DNA of 64,000 nucleotides. Source: Octopus sinensis (taxonomy: Eukaryota). The position numbers were made by a program, and so were the translations under genes. The DNA is taken from assembly GCF_006345805.1 (NCBI RefSeq), contig NC_042998.1, positions 6,758,001-6,822,000 on the forward strand, read 5' to 3'. The notes beneath the pieces were generated by a model that saw only the letters and a list, made by a program, of their open reading frames with translations, was not told the DNA's origin and searched no databases. Positions within the stretch are counted from its first letter, which is position 1. Every line of letters starts with the position of its first letter. This document shows positions 25,806 through 38,829 of this stretch, in pieces.

Positions 25806-26180
25806 CATCATTATTATACTTCCAACTAGTTACACTCTGTCATGGTTGACTTTGCTTTTCATTCTTTTGGGGTTGATAAAATAAGTGGCAGTCAAGCCCT
25901 GAGGTTGAGGTAATTGACAAGACCTCCAAGACCTCTCCCCACAAAATTTCAGGCCTTGTGCCTATAGTAAAAAGAAGGGAGCAAGCTGGCAGAATTGTTA
26001 GAATGTCAGATGAAATGCTTTGTATGTTGTGAGTTAAGATTTCACTGAGGTTGACTTGGCCTTTCATCATTTCAAGGTTGATAAAATAAGTACTAGTTGA
26101 ACACCGGGGTTGATGTAATCGACTTAATCACTCCCTTAAAGTTGCTGGCCTTGTGCCAAAATTTGAAATCATTATTTTTT
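22375..26180 (+). mobile_element. Head-to-tail cluster of about 19 diverged copies of a ~200-bp tRNA-SINE separated by (ATT)n tails
   Basis: Recurrent unit ggtgagctggcagaatc.ttagc...aaatgcttag...ttctgagttcaaattc...gaggttgactttgcctttcatcctt..gggg.tgataaa.taagtacca...ggccttgtgcc...(att)n; an isolated copy lies at 59120-59335. Confidence 0.88.
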
Positions 26181-27251
26181 ATTATCAAATTAGGGTAATG
26201 AATAGCAAAATTGGTACCATGACAGACAAAATACCTTATAGTATTAATTTAGTCAGATCCCTTTATTTTGTTAGTTTAATTTTCACCTGGGGTTTATATG
26301 CCTTTCATTCCATCTAGGGAATTAACCCATTCAATTGGAGTGTTAGATAAAATCTATTGTCTGATGCCAATATAAGAAATCACCATCAATCAAGACTGTT
26401 TGAGTTCAAATGATAGTTTATTGATCAATAAATGGGTTAATAATTTATAAGAACAGTCCATTCAGGTACTGGAATCAGTTTAACTGAACCATGCCACATC
26501 ACACACCTGTGCTAAAAAAACTGTGCCACTATGGTGAAGTTAAAAAAAAAAATCCTCTAGGGCAATGATTTTCAACCATTTTTTTACCTATGGACCCCTT
26601 TGATTCCTATTTTATTTGGGTGGACCCCAATAACCATTCAACGTTTAAAAAATCCTATTATATTTTTATTGCATAAAAAAAAGATTGGTAGAATACTTTG
26701 TGTATTGTCGAAATATAACCAATTTGTTACCCACAAAATCTTATATGGGCTCCCAAGGGCCATATGGACCCCAGTTGTGATTTAGGGGTCTCTGTTGGTC
26801 AGAGTTGATTCTCTGTCTGTGTGTGTATATCCTGGCTTGTGCAATGAGTTTTTATGGAAGCCTGATGATATTTGCCCATGCCTATGAAAGACTCTTCTCT
26901 CTGTGCCGTTGATGTTGTGAATGGAGAAATGCTTCTACCTTGAAGCAAATGGTACAGCTTAGGACTAGCCATGTTCCAGGCAGTGCTATAAGAGTGGAAA
27001 AGAGCAAGAACAGACACCCCTAGGTCTCATGTCTGAGTCTCTGCCATTTCTGTAATCTGAAAATGACCATTATCATTACGATCATCAATATCATCATTAT
27101 CATCTTTATCATTTTACATATGCTTTTTTCCATAATGGCATCACGTGAATAGATTTTCCAAAATAAGGCTCCGCAGGGAAATACTCTTTCTCCTTCCAAG
27201 CTTTTCAGTTGCTTCTTATAACACAGAGACAGAGGGTGCCTGTCAAAAGAT

Positions 27252-27291
<40 letters not shown>

Positions 27292-27728
27292 TAAGGTGGT
27301 TGGCATTAGGACAGGTATCCAGGTGTAGAAACATGCCAAAGAGACATTGGGGCTCGTTGCAGCATTGCAGCTTGCTGGATCCTGTGGAACTGTCCAGCCC
27401 ATGCCAGCATTGGAAACCAGATGCTAGAACAATGATATAATGCAGATATGCTGTGAGCGGAGATGTGGCATTTTATTCGAGATACCATTTGACAAAGCGA
27501 GTTTGTTTAAACAATTTCTTTCTTTCCTCTTTACATGTCCAACCTTGCTATCATTTATTTCTGAAACCTAACACATTGAGGTTTGCGCTGCTACAAAGAA
27601 CATGGCAGGAAAACAAACTCAACACCACCTCTCTCTCTCTCTCACACAAACACACATACACTGATACATTTACCTGTATGCATCTTGCTAGCTTATAAAG
27701 TCATAATGATATACATATATGCATGTAA

Positions 27729-27762
<34 letters not shown>

Positions 27763-27947
27763 TTAATTTTATAATTAATTTTATTTTATCGCATTTTGAA
27801 TTTGTTTATATATATATATATATATCAAATGTGTGTGTATGTATGTGTTAATAACAAACAGAATAATGAAAAGAAAATTTTGCAAATGCGCTGTGCAAAA
27901 AAATTGTTTCCTGAGTGTGTATACTTATAATAGTTCAAATTTACAAA

Positions 27948-27999
<52 letters not shown>

Positions 28000-28546
28000 A
28001 ATACATATAAATACAGAGGGAGAGAGAGAGAAAAGCTGATAGACACATATGTTTCAGGTTCCCTATTTTCCTTAACAATACACACACATACACACACACA
28101 CACACACACACCACACACGTACACGCACACACACACACACGTGCACGTGCATGCTGGCACATACACACAGAGTTGGAAATATTATAATTTTTGAAGTGAA
28201 TGGACCGAAGAAATGAATTAATAAACTGGCTTGCACATTTCTGTAGTCAGGGTGCATGTTTGCAAGGATATGCGTCAATAGAATGCAACTCTACTAGTGA
28301 AAAAAGTATAGCACAATGCCTTTTTTGTAGAGTAATGGAATGTGAGAGAGAAGGAGAGAGCGAGAGAGAGAGAGAGAGAAAAAAAATTAGAGGGAAAGAG
28401 ACAGAAAGAATGAATGGGTGAGAATCAGCAGAAATTTTTTTGGAATACATTGTAAGCATATATATATACATACATATATATATATGTATGTATATATGTA
28501 AATATATATGTATATGGATATATGTATAAATATATTTATATAAGTC

Positions 28547-28602
<56 letters not shown>

Positions 28603-28830
28603 TGTATATGTGTATATATGTGTGCATGAAGGTGTGAATGTGTATGTAAATATGTGCATGTATGTATTTTTTTTATATGGAATATCAATTACTATTGATC
28701 TTTGGATTGGCTAGGCTTTTTCTAGGTTGATTTCCTCCACTGTTACCCGTGTGCATGCATTCGATCACCTGTAAGTGTAAAATTAACTGAGTGCATTTTG
28801 TATGCAATACCTACGTTACTCTTCATTCAC

Positions 28831-28866
<36 letters not shown>

Positions 28867-28899
28867 CATGTGTGCATGTATGTATGTATGTACCTATTG

Positions 28900-29430
<531 letters not shown>

Positions 29431-31006
29431 TATTCATCTATCCATACAGACACACATATGTTCTTATATATGTACACAGACAATGCACATACACACCTGC
29501 TCTTACACACACACACACACACACAGAGGTGTAGTTGGTTACTTTCAGTTCAGTTCCATACACAGAGACGATTGCCTGCCTGTATGAATGAGACTCCGAA
29601 CACACTACTATCTCATCTCTGCGTCTCTCTACCTTCCTCTTTCTCTCTTTGCCTTTCTTTCTTTTTATATAATTTGTGAATGACTTCAACAAAAAGTATC
29701 ATTTAACGCATCCTTTCTCTCTCTCTCTCTCTCTCTCTCTGCTCTCTACAACGACTCTACTCTACGTTGAAACTTCGGTAGTTTGCAGCAGTCTCCAGTG
29801 TTTTATCGGGATTTTAATCTATTCAACTACATAGGTAGCCAATAGCCAATATTGACAGGGAATCACTAATCTATAGTAGTGTGTGTGTGTGTCTGTGTAC
29901 TGTGTGTTTTGTGTGTGTGTGTGTTTCTGTCTTCTAATTCACATGTACATGTAGAGACGGCACTGCAGCAAGGCTGGTGGTTGGTGAAGGAGCCAGGCTT
30001 TTTATGCAATGCTCTCAGCCTGCTAGAAATAACAGGTAGTTGTACCTCAAACCAAATTCTTCTTTAGGGTTTTTCAAATTAGGAAATACACCAATAAAAT
30101 GATGTATTTCTGCATATTTTAATCTTAAAAAAAAAAATGAAACTAAAAAAGAAAAAACAAACAAAATCCACCCCCCACCAAAAAAAAAAAAAACCCAGAT
30201 AGGACTGACATAAACAGAACGCCTGTGATCACTACCTTAGTTTTGCTCAATCAAAGCTGACCTGTGGTTAAACAACAACTTCATGAGCCAACAGTAATAA
30301 GTGATTGACATTTGTGCATGTTTTTGTGTGTGTGTGTGTGTTTGTGTGTGCAAATATATATGTATATACACAAGTATGTGTGCAAATATGTATGTATATA
30401 CATATGTATGTGTGTTTGCATGTCTTGTGTGTCTGCGCCTTTGCAGTTCGGTATTTTGTTAGAGTGTGCTTTGAAAAAAAAATTTGTATCTGTTTAATAT
30501 CATTATTTGGCATATAGATTATCGAACTAAATATATAGGTGGTTATGGCATAATTTTGGTATGACATATAGGTAGCTATGGCATAATTTTCATATGACAT
30601 GTTGGCTATCTTGCATTCACTCTCTTTCTCTCTCTCCCTATTTCAAACACACTCACACACAGACACAGACACATACTCACACTCCCTCTCTCACACTTTA
30701 CTATCTCTTTCATTCCCCCTCTCTCACTTGATTACTGCTTTCATTCCCTCACTCTTTGGTCTCTTTCTTTCATTTGAAAATTTCTACTGAATCATTATAT
30801 GTCTGTCTTCTGTCATCAAACTATCTATTTATCCATCCATCCATTCATCTATCTATCTGTCTTTTTCTCCCCCACCCCGATCCCTTTTGATCGGAATTTT
30901 ACTTTTTTTTTTCTTATTTTTCCCCTTTTTTTCATTTTTGAAAAGAAAAGCTCTACATTTGTATTTGTCCCTTCTGTGTTCCGCCCTGTATGGCCAATAA
31001 AGAAAG

Positions 31007-31038
<32 letters not shown>

Positions 31039-32296
31039 TTACATATCTATCTATCTATCATCTATATATCTACTATCTATCTACCTATCTATCAATCTGC
31101 CTGTCTGTCTATCTAGCTATCTATTTATCTAACTATCTATCTACCTACCTATCTCTCTGTTTATCTATCTATCTATCTTCTATCTACCTGTCTGTCCATC
31201 TACCTATCTATCCATCCATCCATCCATCTGTCTGTCTCTCTATCCATCCATCCTTCCCCATATATATATCTACCTTTCAATGGCTTTAGTCTTAGGAATG
31301 CAGTCATACTGAGGCATTAACTCCTTATATAAATATATACCTTCGTTACAATATGTGACAATATATTCAGAACACATATTCACATATATGCACGTATGTA
31401 TATATATGTATGTATGTATGTATATTATATATGTATATGTGTATGATAAAGGTACACATGCTCTCATTCAAAGGCTGCAAAAAAAAAAAACACGAAAGCA
31501 ACCATTCCCTACTGTGTTCTTTGAAAATGTGAAAGAAATATTTGTTTGTATACACACACACAAGCACACACACACACACACACACACATATGCATATGTG
31601 TGTGTGTGTGTGTTTATCTATAGACACAGAGAGAGGGACAAAGATAAACAGATATACTTCTATTTTCCTAATGGGTATACATGTAAGTCACATACGTACC
31701 CATATTGATGGCAAGAAAAGCACACATACATATACACGTAAACATGTTTGTGTCAGTGTATATAGGGGTATATACACATAGTGGTTTTATGCATACAAGC
31801 AGTGTTCAGAAATTTGGGGCTGCTTGACTAGTTCAAACTCTGATGATTCCGTCGACTTTCATATATTTCCACTTAAGAATACACTAGAAGAAACTTGCGC
31901 TTTATTTGGGGTTCGTGCTGCATGTTCTGTGCTGGAATGCAGTGAAGGAAAATATGGATGCAGAATGCATAGGAATATGCACATGCATGCGTGCATGCAT
32001 AGATGAATCAAATACATCGTATAGTCATGCATGTGGTTGAGTGAGTGAGTGTGTGTATGTATATGTACATAGTATTATAGACAAGTATGTATATATAAAC
32101 ATGTGTATGTGTGTGTGTGCATATGTTATATATATATATACATTATATATATATATATAATATATATATATTAAATATATATATGTATATATATATATAT
32201 GGAGTTTTACATGTGTGTCCCCGTGTGTGTGTATGTGCAATTATACATGGTCACACACAGATAAATATATACTCTCTCTCTCTCTCCACATGCATG

Positions 32297-32327
<31 letters not shown>

Positions 32328-33359
32328 GATGATGATGATATATATATTTATAAATTTACACACACACACCTACAATATTTGCGCATGTATGTATATATGT
32401 GTGTATATAACATATATATATGTATATTTATGTGTGTATGTATATATACATGTAGTTGCATATTTCTATCTGTGTGATGTGTGTGTGTGTGTGTGTGTGT
32501 GTGCATATTTGCCTCCTCCCAATCTCTTCCATATCCCTCTATCTCGCCCACCCCCCCGACTCATGGTTCCTTGACCATCAACACTACTCATTCTCGCTGT
32601 CTTGCTTTCCACTCCTCATTCCCCGACCCCTCATTCTCATTCCCATACAGTCTTGCAAAACCGATTCTTCATCTCACCTTGTATCCTGTAGACCCACCCA
32701 GGCTCCTCATTGCTCTTATCTATCTCTAACAGATCCTCCTGTTCACTTTCACTTTCTCTTCCTTTGCCCCTATTTGATGGGAGTAGCCATGCAAATCCTC
32801 CACCAAAACCTGCACTCACCACCAGCTTTTCATAGTTCAATCTTTCATCAATTAGCATGAAACCAAGCCTTGCCACTCCAAGGGCTTGCCCTTCTGCAAA
32901 CTTTATGGTGGCCTCTAGAATACAGATGGCACAAAAAAAAAAAAAATAAAGGTACCCAGTCCTTGCATTATAGTGGTTGACATTAGGAAGGACATCTAGC
33001 TGTACAAGCCATATCAGATCAGATATTGGAGCACGATGCAGTCCTTTGACACACTGGGTCCTCTCATGGTGTCCAACCCATGCCAGCATGGAACATTGGC
33101 AATACATATATATATATACACATAACTAATGTAGGATAAAAAATTTTTCGTGAAAAAATTTTTATCAATGGCCAGCATATCAAAAAATACCTTTAAAGGT
33201 TAAATTTATAAATAATTTACAAAATTAGGGCGAAAGAAAAATTCTAATGCCAAATATGCCGGAAAAAAGACAAAAATTGTCAATAACCATTATAATTTTT
33301 CTTTCGCCCTAATTTTGTAAATTATGTATATATACACATATATATTACTTAGATATATT

Positions 33360-33680
33360 ATTTAGGAAATCAAATGTAGAAATACAGTGAAACTGTGAAG
33401 GGGAATATAGCGTATCTGATATTTGGGAGAGAACCCTTTATCAGGGCAAAGATGTCAGGGTTAAAAACAGTATTCCACTCCAGTGTAAATTTGGGAATTT
33501 CACTCAACTCCTGTTGCTTTTTCCAGACTAATACATCTCTCCTTGGATTCATTATTTACTTTATAACTACATATACATGCATACATACAGTACATACTCA
33601 CACTTATATATACTTACATACGTTTATGCATGTATGTATATGGATATAAATCTATGCGATAATTTCATGCAGTTTTCTTA
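33360..33680. repeat. Unclassified ~300-bp interspersed repeat, copy 1
   Basis: Closely matches 38150-38560 in the same orientation (gtgaaggggaatatagcgtatct...ttccagactaatacatctctccttggattc...ataatttcatgcagttttcttatctgaa). Confidence 0.8.
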
Positions 33681-34042
33681 TCTGAACGTAACACTTCCTC
33701 TCAAACTGTCCAACCCATGCCAGCATGGAACATGGGCACTAAATGATGAGTATGACAATGATGATGGTGATATCAGGAGCTGGCCAGGTAGAAGACTACA
33801 CCATCAGCATCACAAGGATTGCTTAACTTATTGATCTTTAGCTGCGGTCACTGACTGAGCCACTGAACTGCAGTCATAATCAAGGAACGTTACTCTGTTT
33901 GCCTAATGCATAACCTGTCTTACAACAAGCAAAATTCTGTTCTATATTTAAGAGATGAGGAATCATGTACATTATTTACATTATTTACATTATTTACATT
34001 ATTTACATTTGATGGGTATTTATCCTCATCTTGTTTGTTGTT

Positions 34043-34087
34043 AACATGTTTCGGCTGATATACCCTCCAGCCTTCATCAGGTGTATT
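34043..34087 (-). ncRNA. Minimal type I hammerhead ribozyme motif (Penelope-like element type), core intact, stem I 3' strand damaged
   Basis: Minus strand reads acac-CTGATGA-a-GGCTG-gagggtatat-CAGCC-GAAAC-atgtt: both conserved core boxes, a 5-bp stem II and a palindromic stem III (AACATGTT). Confidence 0.7.
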
Positions 34088-34204
34088 GGGGAAATTTTGA
34101 ATCTGGGTTCTCATTCCTAAGGTATTTTTTGATGTTGTTATTATTATTATTATTGTTATTTTTAATATTATTATCATCATCATTATTATTATTATTATTA
34201 TTAT

Positions 34205-34759
34205 TGAGTGAGAGAGCAGTTCATGCCATCAAAGTGACACTGGGGTAAAATATACGAAGCCCAATATACCCATCATGACTACCCGTCTGATAAAGGTACA
34301 CCAGGCACATGCATCACAACCATATGTGCGCGGCATGGTGATCTCATATCAAAATAAACAGCACATGACCTCGCAGGTGGGGCCCAGTTAGAATTTTCTT
34401 CAGGTTGAGTAGCCCATCCCACACAAAAGGTCCCTGAATAAGGGTTGTTTAAGGATGTTGAAAGAACCACCCATGTTTCCAGAGGTGAATTATTCAAACC
34501 CCAAAGAATCCCTCTCAACACATGGCTATGATGCTCCCCCACTACTTCTGCTCGTGATCAGAGATGCACATATCGTCAGCCACTAAGGGACATGCTCAAC
34601 TGGTTAAGGTCAAACAACTGACAAGCAAATCTGTGGTATTGAGCAGAATATTTGCTGTAGCCCATCTTTTATACCAAGACAAAACAATGTACATGATAAC
34701 ACTTCCAATCAGTTAAGATCAGAAGCCATGAGAGCCACTGCCTGGTACTGCATCAGGGC

Positions 34760-34760
<1 letters not shown>
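34205..34760. mobile_element. Unclassified non-coding ~560-bp element embedded in an (ATT)n tract
   Basis: GC-richer block with (ATT)n on both sides; it interrupts the composite element; no coding motifs recognised. Confidence 0.55.
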
Positions 34761-34843
<83 letters not shown>

Positions 34844-34932
34844 TATTATTATTTTTCAGGTCACTGCCTGGAATCAAACTCAGAATCTTGGAGTTAGTAG
34901 CCTGTGCTCTTAACCACTATGCCATAAGCCCA

Positions 34933-35230
34933 CTGGCATATGGTTTAGAGGTTGCGAACGAGGGCTACTAACCCCAAGATTCTGAGTTCAATTCCAGGCA
35001 GTGACCTGAATAATAATAATACTAATAATGAAAATAATAATAAAATCGAAAAATACCTCGGGAATGAGAACCCAGGTTTGAAATTTCTCCAATAAATTTG
35101 ATGAAGGCTGGAGGGTATATCAGCCGAAACGTTGTGTTAACAACAAACAAGACAAAGACAAATATCTGTCAAATGTAAATAATGAAAATAATGTAAATAA
35201 TGTAAATAATGTAAATAATGAAGCAAAATT
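34933..35230 (+). mobile_element. Composite repeat, second (inverted) copy: tRNA-like head, (TAA)n, hammerhead-containing tail
   Basis: tggcata.ggttt...ggctactaaccccaagattctgagttcaattccaggcagtgacctgaa(taa)n...aaaaatacctcgggaatgagaaccc...gatgaaggctggagggtatatcagccgaaacgttgtgtt...(aatgtaaat)n. Confidence 0.7.
35094..35138 (+). ncRNA. Hammerhead ribozyme motif, degenerate (C3->U in the first core box)
   Basis: tTGATGA-a-GGCTG-gagggtatat-CAGCC-GAAAC-GTT-GTGT; palindromic AACGTT stem III. Confidence 0.55.
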
Positions 35231-35375
35231 CTGCTGAAGAAAACTAAAATTTGTTTTTTGAGTTATAAGAAAATGTATGTAAATATCTGCTTTGTCAGTG
35301 TGTTAGTGTGTGTTGTGTATGTGTGTGTCTGTGTGTGTGTTTATGCACTCAAGCATGCAGACATGAACTTATATT

Positions 35376-35407
<32 letters not shown>

Positions 35408-35537
35408 GATGCATTTATATGTATAGGGACATGTATGGTTATGTGGTTTGTTTTGGGTTCCTTCGCTCTACTGTATACTTAGGTAGATCAAGGCCGTAGG
35501 AATAAATCTGGTAGACAGAAACTGAAAGAAGCATGTT

Positions 35538-35590
<53 letters not shown>

Positions 35591-35939
35591 GTATCTATTG
35601 AAGTGAATGTTTGTGTCTCCTTGTCTTGACACTGCGCAATAGCTTCAAATGAGTGTCGTCATTAATATAACGTCATTCACTTCCAGTCTTCCCCCCCCGA
35701 ATATATCTGGCCATATTGAGATATTGCTTTGCTCAGAAACAGATGAGGGTTTGTGAGTGGAAGGTCATCTGGTTGTAGAAAATTTGCCTCAATGAATACA
35801 CACACACACACATGCATACATGCAGGTTTCCAAGCTAAATTTGACAGTTTGCATAAAACGTAAAGAAAGCCCAATATTCCATTATCCCATCCAAAAATGA
35901 AAATATTTTAGAAAATCAAAAGATATCAACTGGATTATG

Positions 35940-36375
35940 GCTAAGAGATAACAGTTTGTTCAAAGTAGCAGCTGTCACCTTCCACTATGGCCTTAAGATG
36001 GTTCCAGAACCTGGCGCATGTGTTCTTCACCGTGTCCCTGAGAAGATCTTCAAATACTTCTTTGATTTTGGCCCCAGATTTGCTTTGGTGTTGCAGACAG
36101 TGTGGTTGGTGTCTTTTTCAACTCTACCCCACACATAGCAATCCATGGGATTACAATCAGTGGAATTAGGCAGCCAGAAATTGGGGCTGGGGAATTTCGC
36201 AGAATTTCTCTGACAACCATTTCTAACCCTAGCGGAATAGTAAGGAGCTGACTCCTGTTGCCACCCATATGGCCTTCCAGCAGGAGCAACCCTCTCCAGC
36301 CAGGGTTTGACCACAGTCTCTTACAGCTTCACATAGGTGTCTGAACTGAGTCTAAGGCTCTGTTCAAAGATATGG
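35940..36375 (-). pseudogene. Decayed Tc1/mariner-superfamily transposase catalytic region (DD37D/maT-like)
   Basis: PHIFEQSLRLSSDTYVKL*ETVVKPWLERV..GRPYGWQQESAP...NFWLPNSTDCNPMDCYVWG matches WQQD.AP.H...WPP.SPD.NP.D..VW. Confidence 0.82.
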
Positions 36376-36874
36376 GGATGAATTCTAGCATGTAGATGTA
36401 GCCAGAATGCCTGCTGTGTCTCTTCCTGCTGGCCACAGTTTTATACTTTCTGTTGCATCTGTTCAATGTTATATCTTACAACCTTTAGAGTTTTCACAGA
36501 GTATTGAGCAGCAGTCATGAAGTCAGCATTCTGACACCCAACACAAATCATCCTGATACACGTAATTCTTTGTCTATATTTAGATGGCTTCAGGTTCCCC
36601 ATGACACTTAACTTCTTCTCTGCTACAACTGTAATCTTTGCGCTTTCCAACACTGGTGAGTGTTCACCAATACATCAAGCTGTTTCTGAAAAAAGGGGAC
36701 AAAAATAGCCATCAAACTTAGCCCCAACATCATATTCAATTGTACCTGCCAAACACTTTCCATCCACTAAGGCATATGCTGGGTTCTAACAACTGGGTAT
36801 TAGTATCACTATACCTAAGTGAAAGCATTATACATACATATATGTATGTGTATATATATATATATATATATAAA

Positions 36875-37027
36875 GGCACAGAAGTGGCTGTGTGGTAAGT
36901 AACTTGCTTACCAATCACATGGTTCTGGGTTCAGTCCCACTGCATGGCACCTTGGGCAAGTGTCTTCTACTTTAGCCTCAAGCCGACCAAAGCCTGAAAA
37001 CTGAAAAGAAGCCCGTTGTATATATGC

Positions 37028-37073
<46 letters not shown>

Positions 37074-37285
37074 ATGTTTGTGTGTCTGTGTTTGTTCCCC
37101 CAACATCGCTTGACAACCGATGGTGGTGTGTTTACGTCCCCATAACTTAGCGGTTCGGCAAAAGGAACTGATAGAATAAGTACTAGGCTTACAAAGAATA
37201 AGTCCTGGCGCCGATTTGCTCTACTAAGGGCGGTGCCTCAGCATGGCCGCAGTCAAATGACTGAAACAAGTAAAAGAGTAAAGAT
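36875..37285 (+). mobile_element. Bipartite tRNA-SINE, full copy
   Basis: Family consensus with an internal (TG)n. Confidence 0.85.
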
Positions 37286-37300
37286 AGATATATATATATA

Positions 37301-37490
37301 GTCAGCACAATGGCTTAGTGGTTAGGGTGTTGCACTCATGATCTGGTGATTGTGATTTCAATTCTCAGACCAGTTGGTGCATTGTGTTCCTGAACAAAAC
37401 ACTTCATCTCAAGTTGCTCTGCTATCACTTCGACACCTGACTCATGGTACATAATGCACCTGTTCAGTCAATTTGATTTGATAGTGAGAG
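37301..37490 (+). mobile_element. CORE-like tRNA-SINE
   Basis: tggcttagtggttagggtgttgcactcatgatc...ttgtgttcctgaacaaaacacttcat; related to 6394 and 53904. Confidence 0.65.
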
Positions 37491-37850
37491 TTCCCAGTAT
37501 TCAAAGTACTCTATGTCCTTGGGGGTAAGGCACACATCACTTCACATTGCTCCAACCCACTCAGCAGACAAAAATGAATATCAAGACGGACAGAGTACCA
37601 AGTCAACATCAAGTTAATATTGCAGCATTTGTGAGTCAGTAGGATGACCAAAACCCTAACAAAATGAAGTGCGGATTATGTCCAGCAGTTGTGGACAGGT
37701 ATGCCCTACCTTTACTCTTTAAATATTAATACGTACACACACACACTTACATGCATGTATGGACACAAATATATACAGACATAAATACATACATATATAC
37801 ATACACACACATATATATATCTATACATACAAACATACATACATACATGC

Positions 37851-37884
<34 letters not shown>

Positions 37885-38149
37885 ACGCATATGCACACAC
37901 ACATATATATAGACATGTATACATTCATACATACATACAAACATACATACATACATATATATATATATATACGTATACACACACATATACATGCATACAT
38001 TCATACATATATACATACATACATACAGACAGACACAGAGACGTCATCGTAATTTAATGTACTCCTTCCATGCTAGCGTGGGTTTCATAGCTTCATGGGA
38101 GCTGGCGAATCAGAAGACTTTATCAATATATATACATATATATCACTTA

Positions 38150-38560
<411 letters not shown>

Positions 38561-38829
38561 ACATTTCTCTGTGACCGTACATAATTTTATTTTTCCTTAT
38601 TTCTGGAGTTTTTTTTTGTTGTTTTTGTTTCTTTAAATTTGTGTGTATATATGTAAACATAATCATATGTGAATGGCATCAGTAATATATACTACAGCAA
38701 CACACACACACATTAAAATAGTTTGACTCAACTCCATTCAGCTTAAATTCTAGTATGCTCCTCACAGGGACCTAGTTCATCGGCTTTCTAAGTTTAACTT
38801 CCACATACATGTATGTGTGGGGAGGTGTT

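Larger units (their letters stand above)
33925..34925 (-). mobile_element. Composite repeat: tRNA-like head (34925-34856), (TAA)n, tail with hammerhead motif and 9-bp tandem repeats (34135-33925); interrupted by a 560-bp insert
   Basis: Inverted counterpart at 34933-35230 has the same head, (TAA)n and tail order. Confidence 0.7.

Noticed and set aside
22375-26180. CRISPR-like array
   Set aside because: Units are ~200-bp diverged SINE copies with A/B boxes and (ATT)n tails, not short identical repeats with unique spacers; no cas genes, and the context is eukaryotic.
34520-34760. U1 snRNA or HDV-like ribozyme similarity on the minus strand (accaggcagtgg, gatcacga, gtagtggggga)
   Set aside because: Only short scattered matches with the wrong spacing; no 5' ATACTTACCTG or Sm site, and the HDV P1.1/L3 requirements are not met.
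34856-35010. Functional tRNA genes in the hairpin arms
   Set aside because: A/B boxes are present but there is no complete acceptor stem or cloverleaf; treated as SINE heads.
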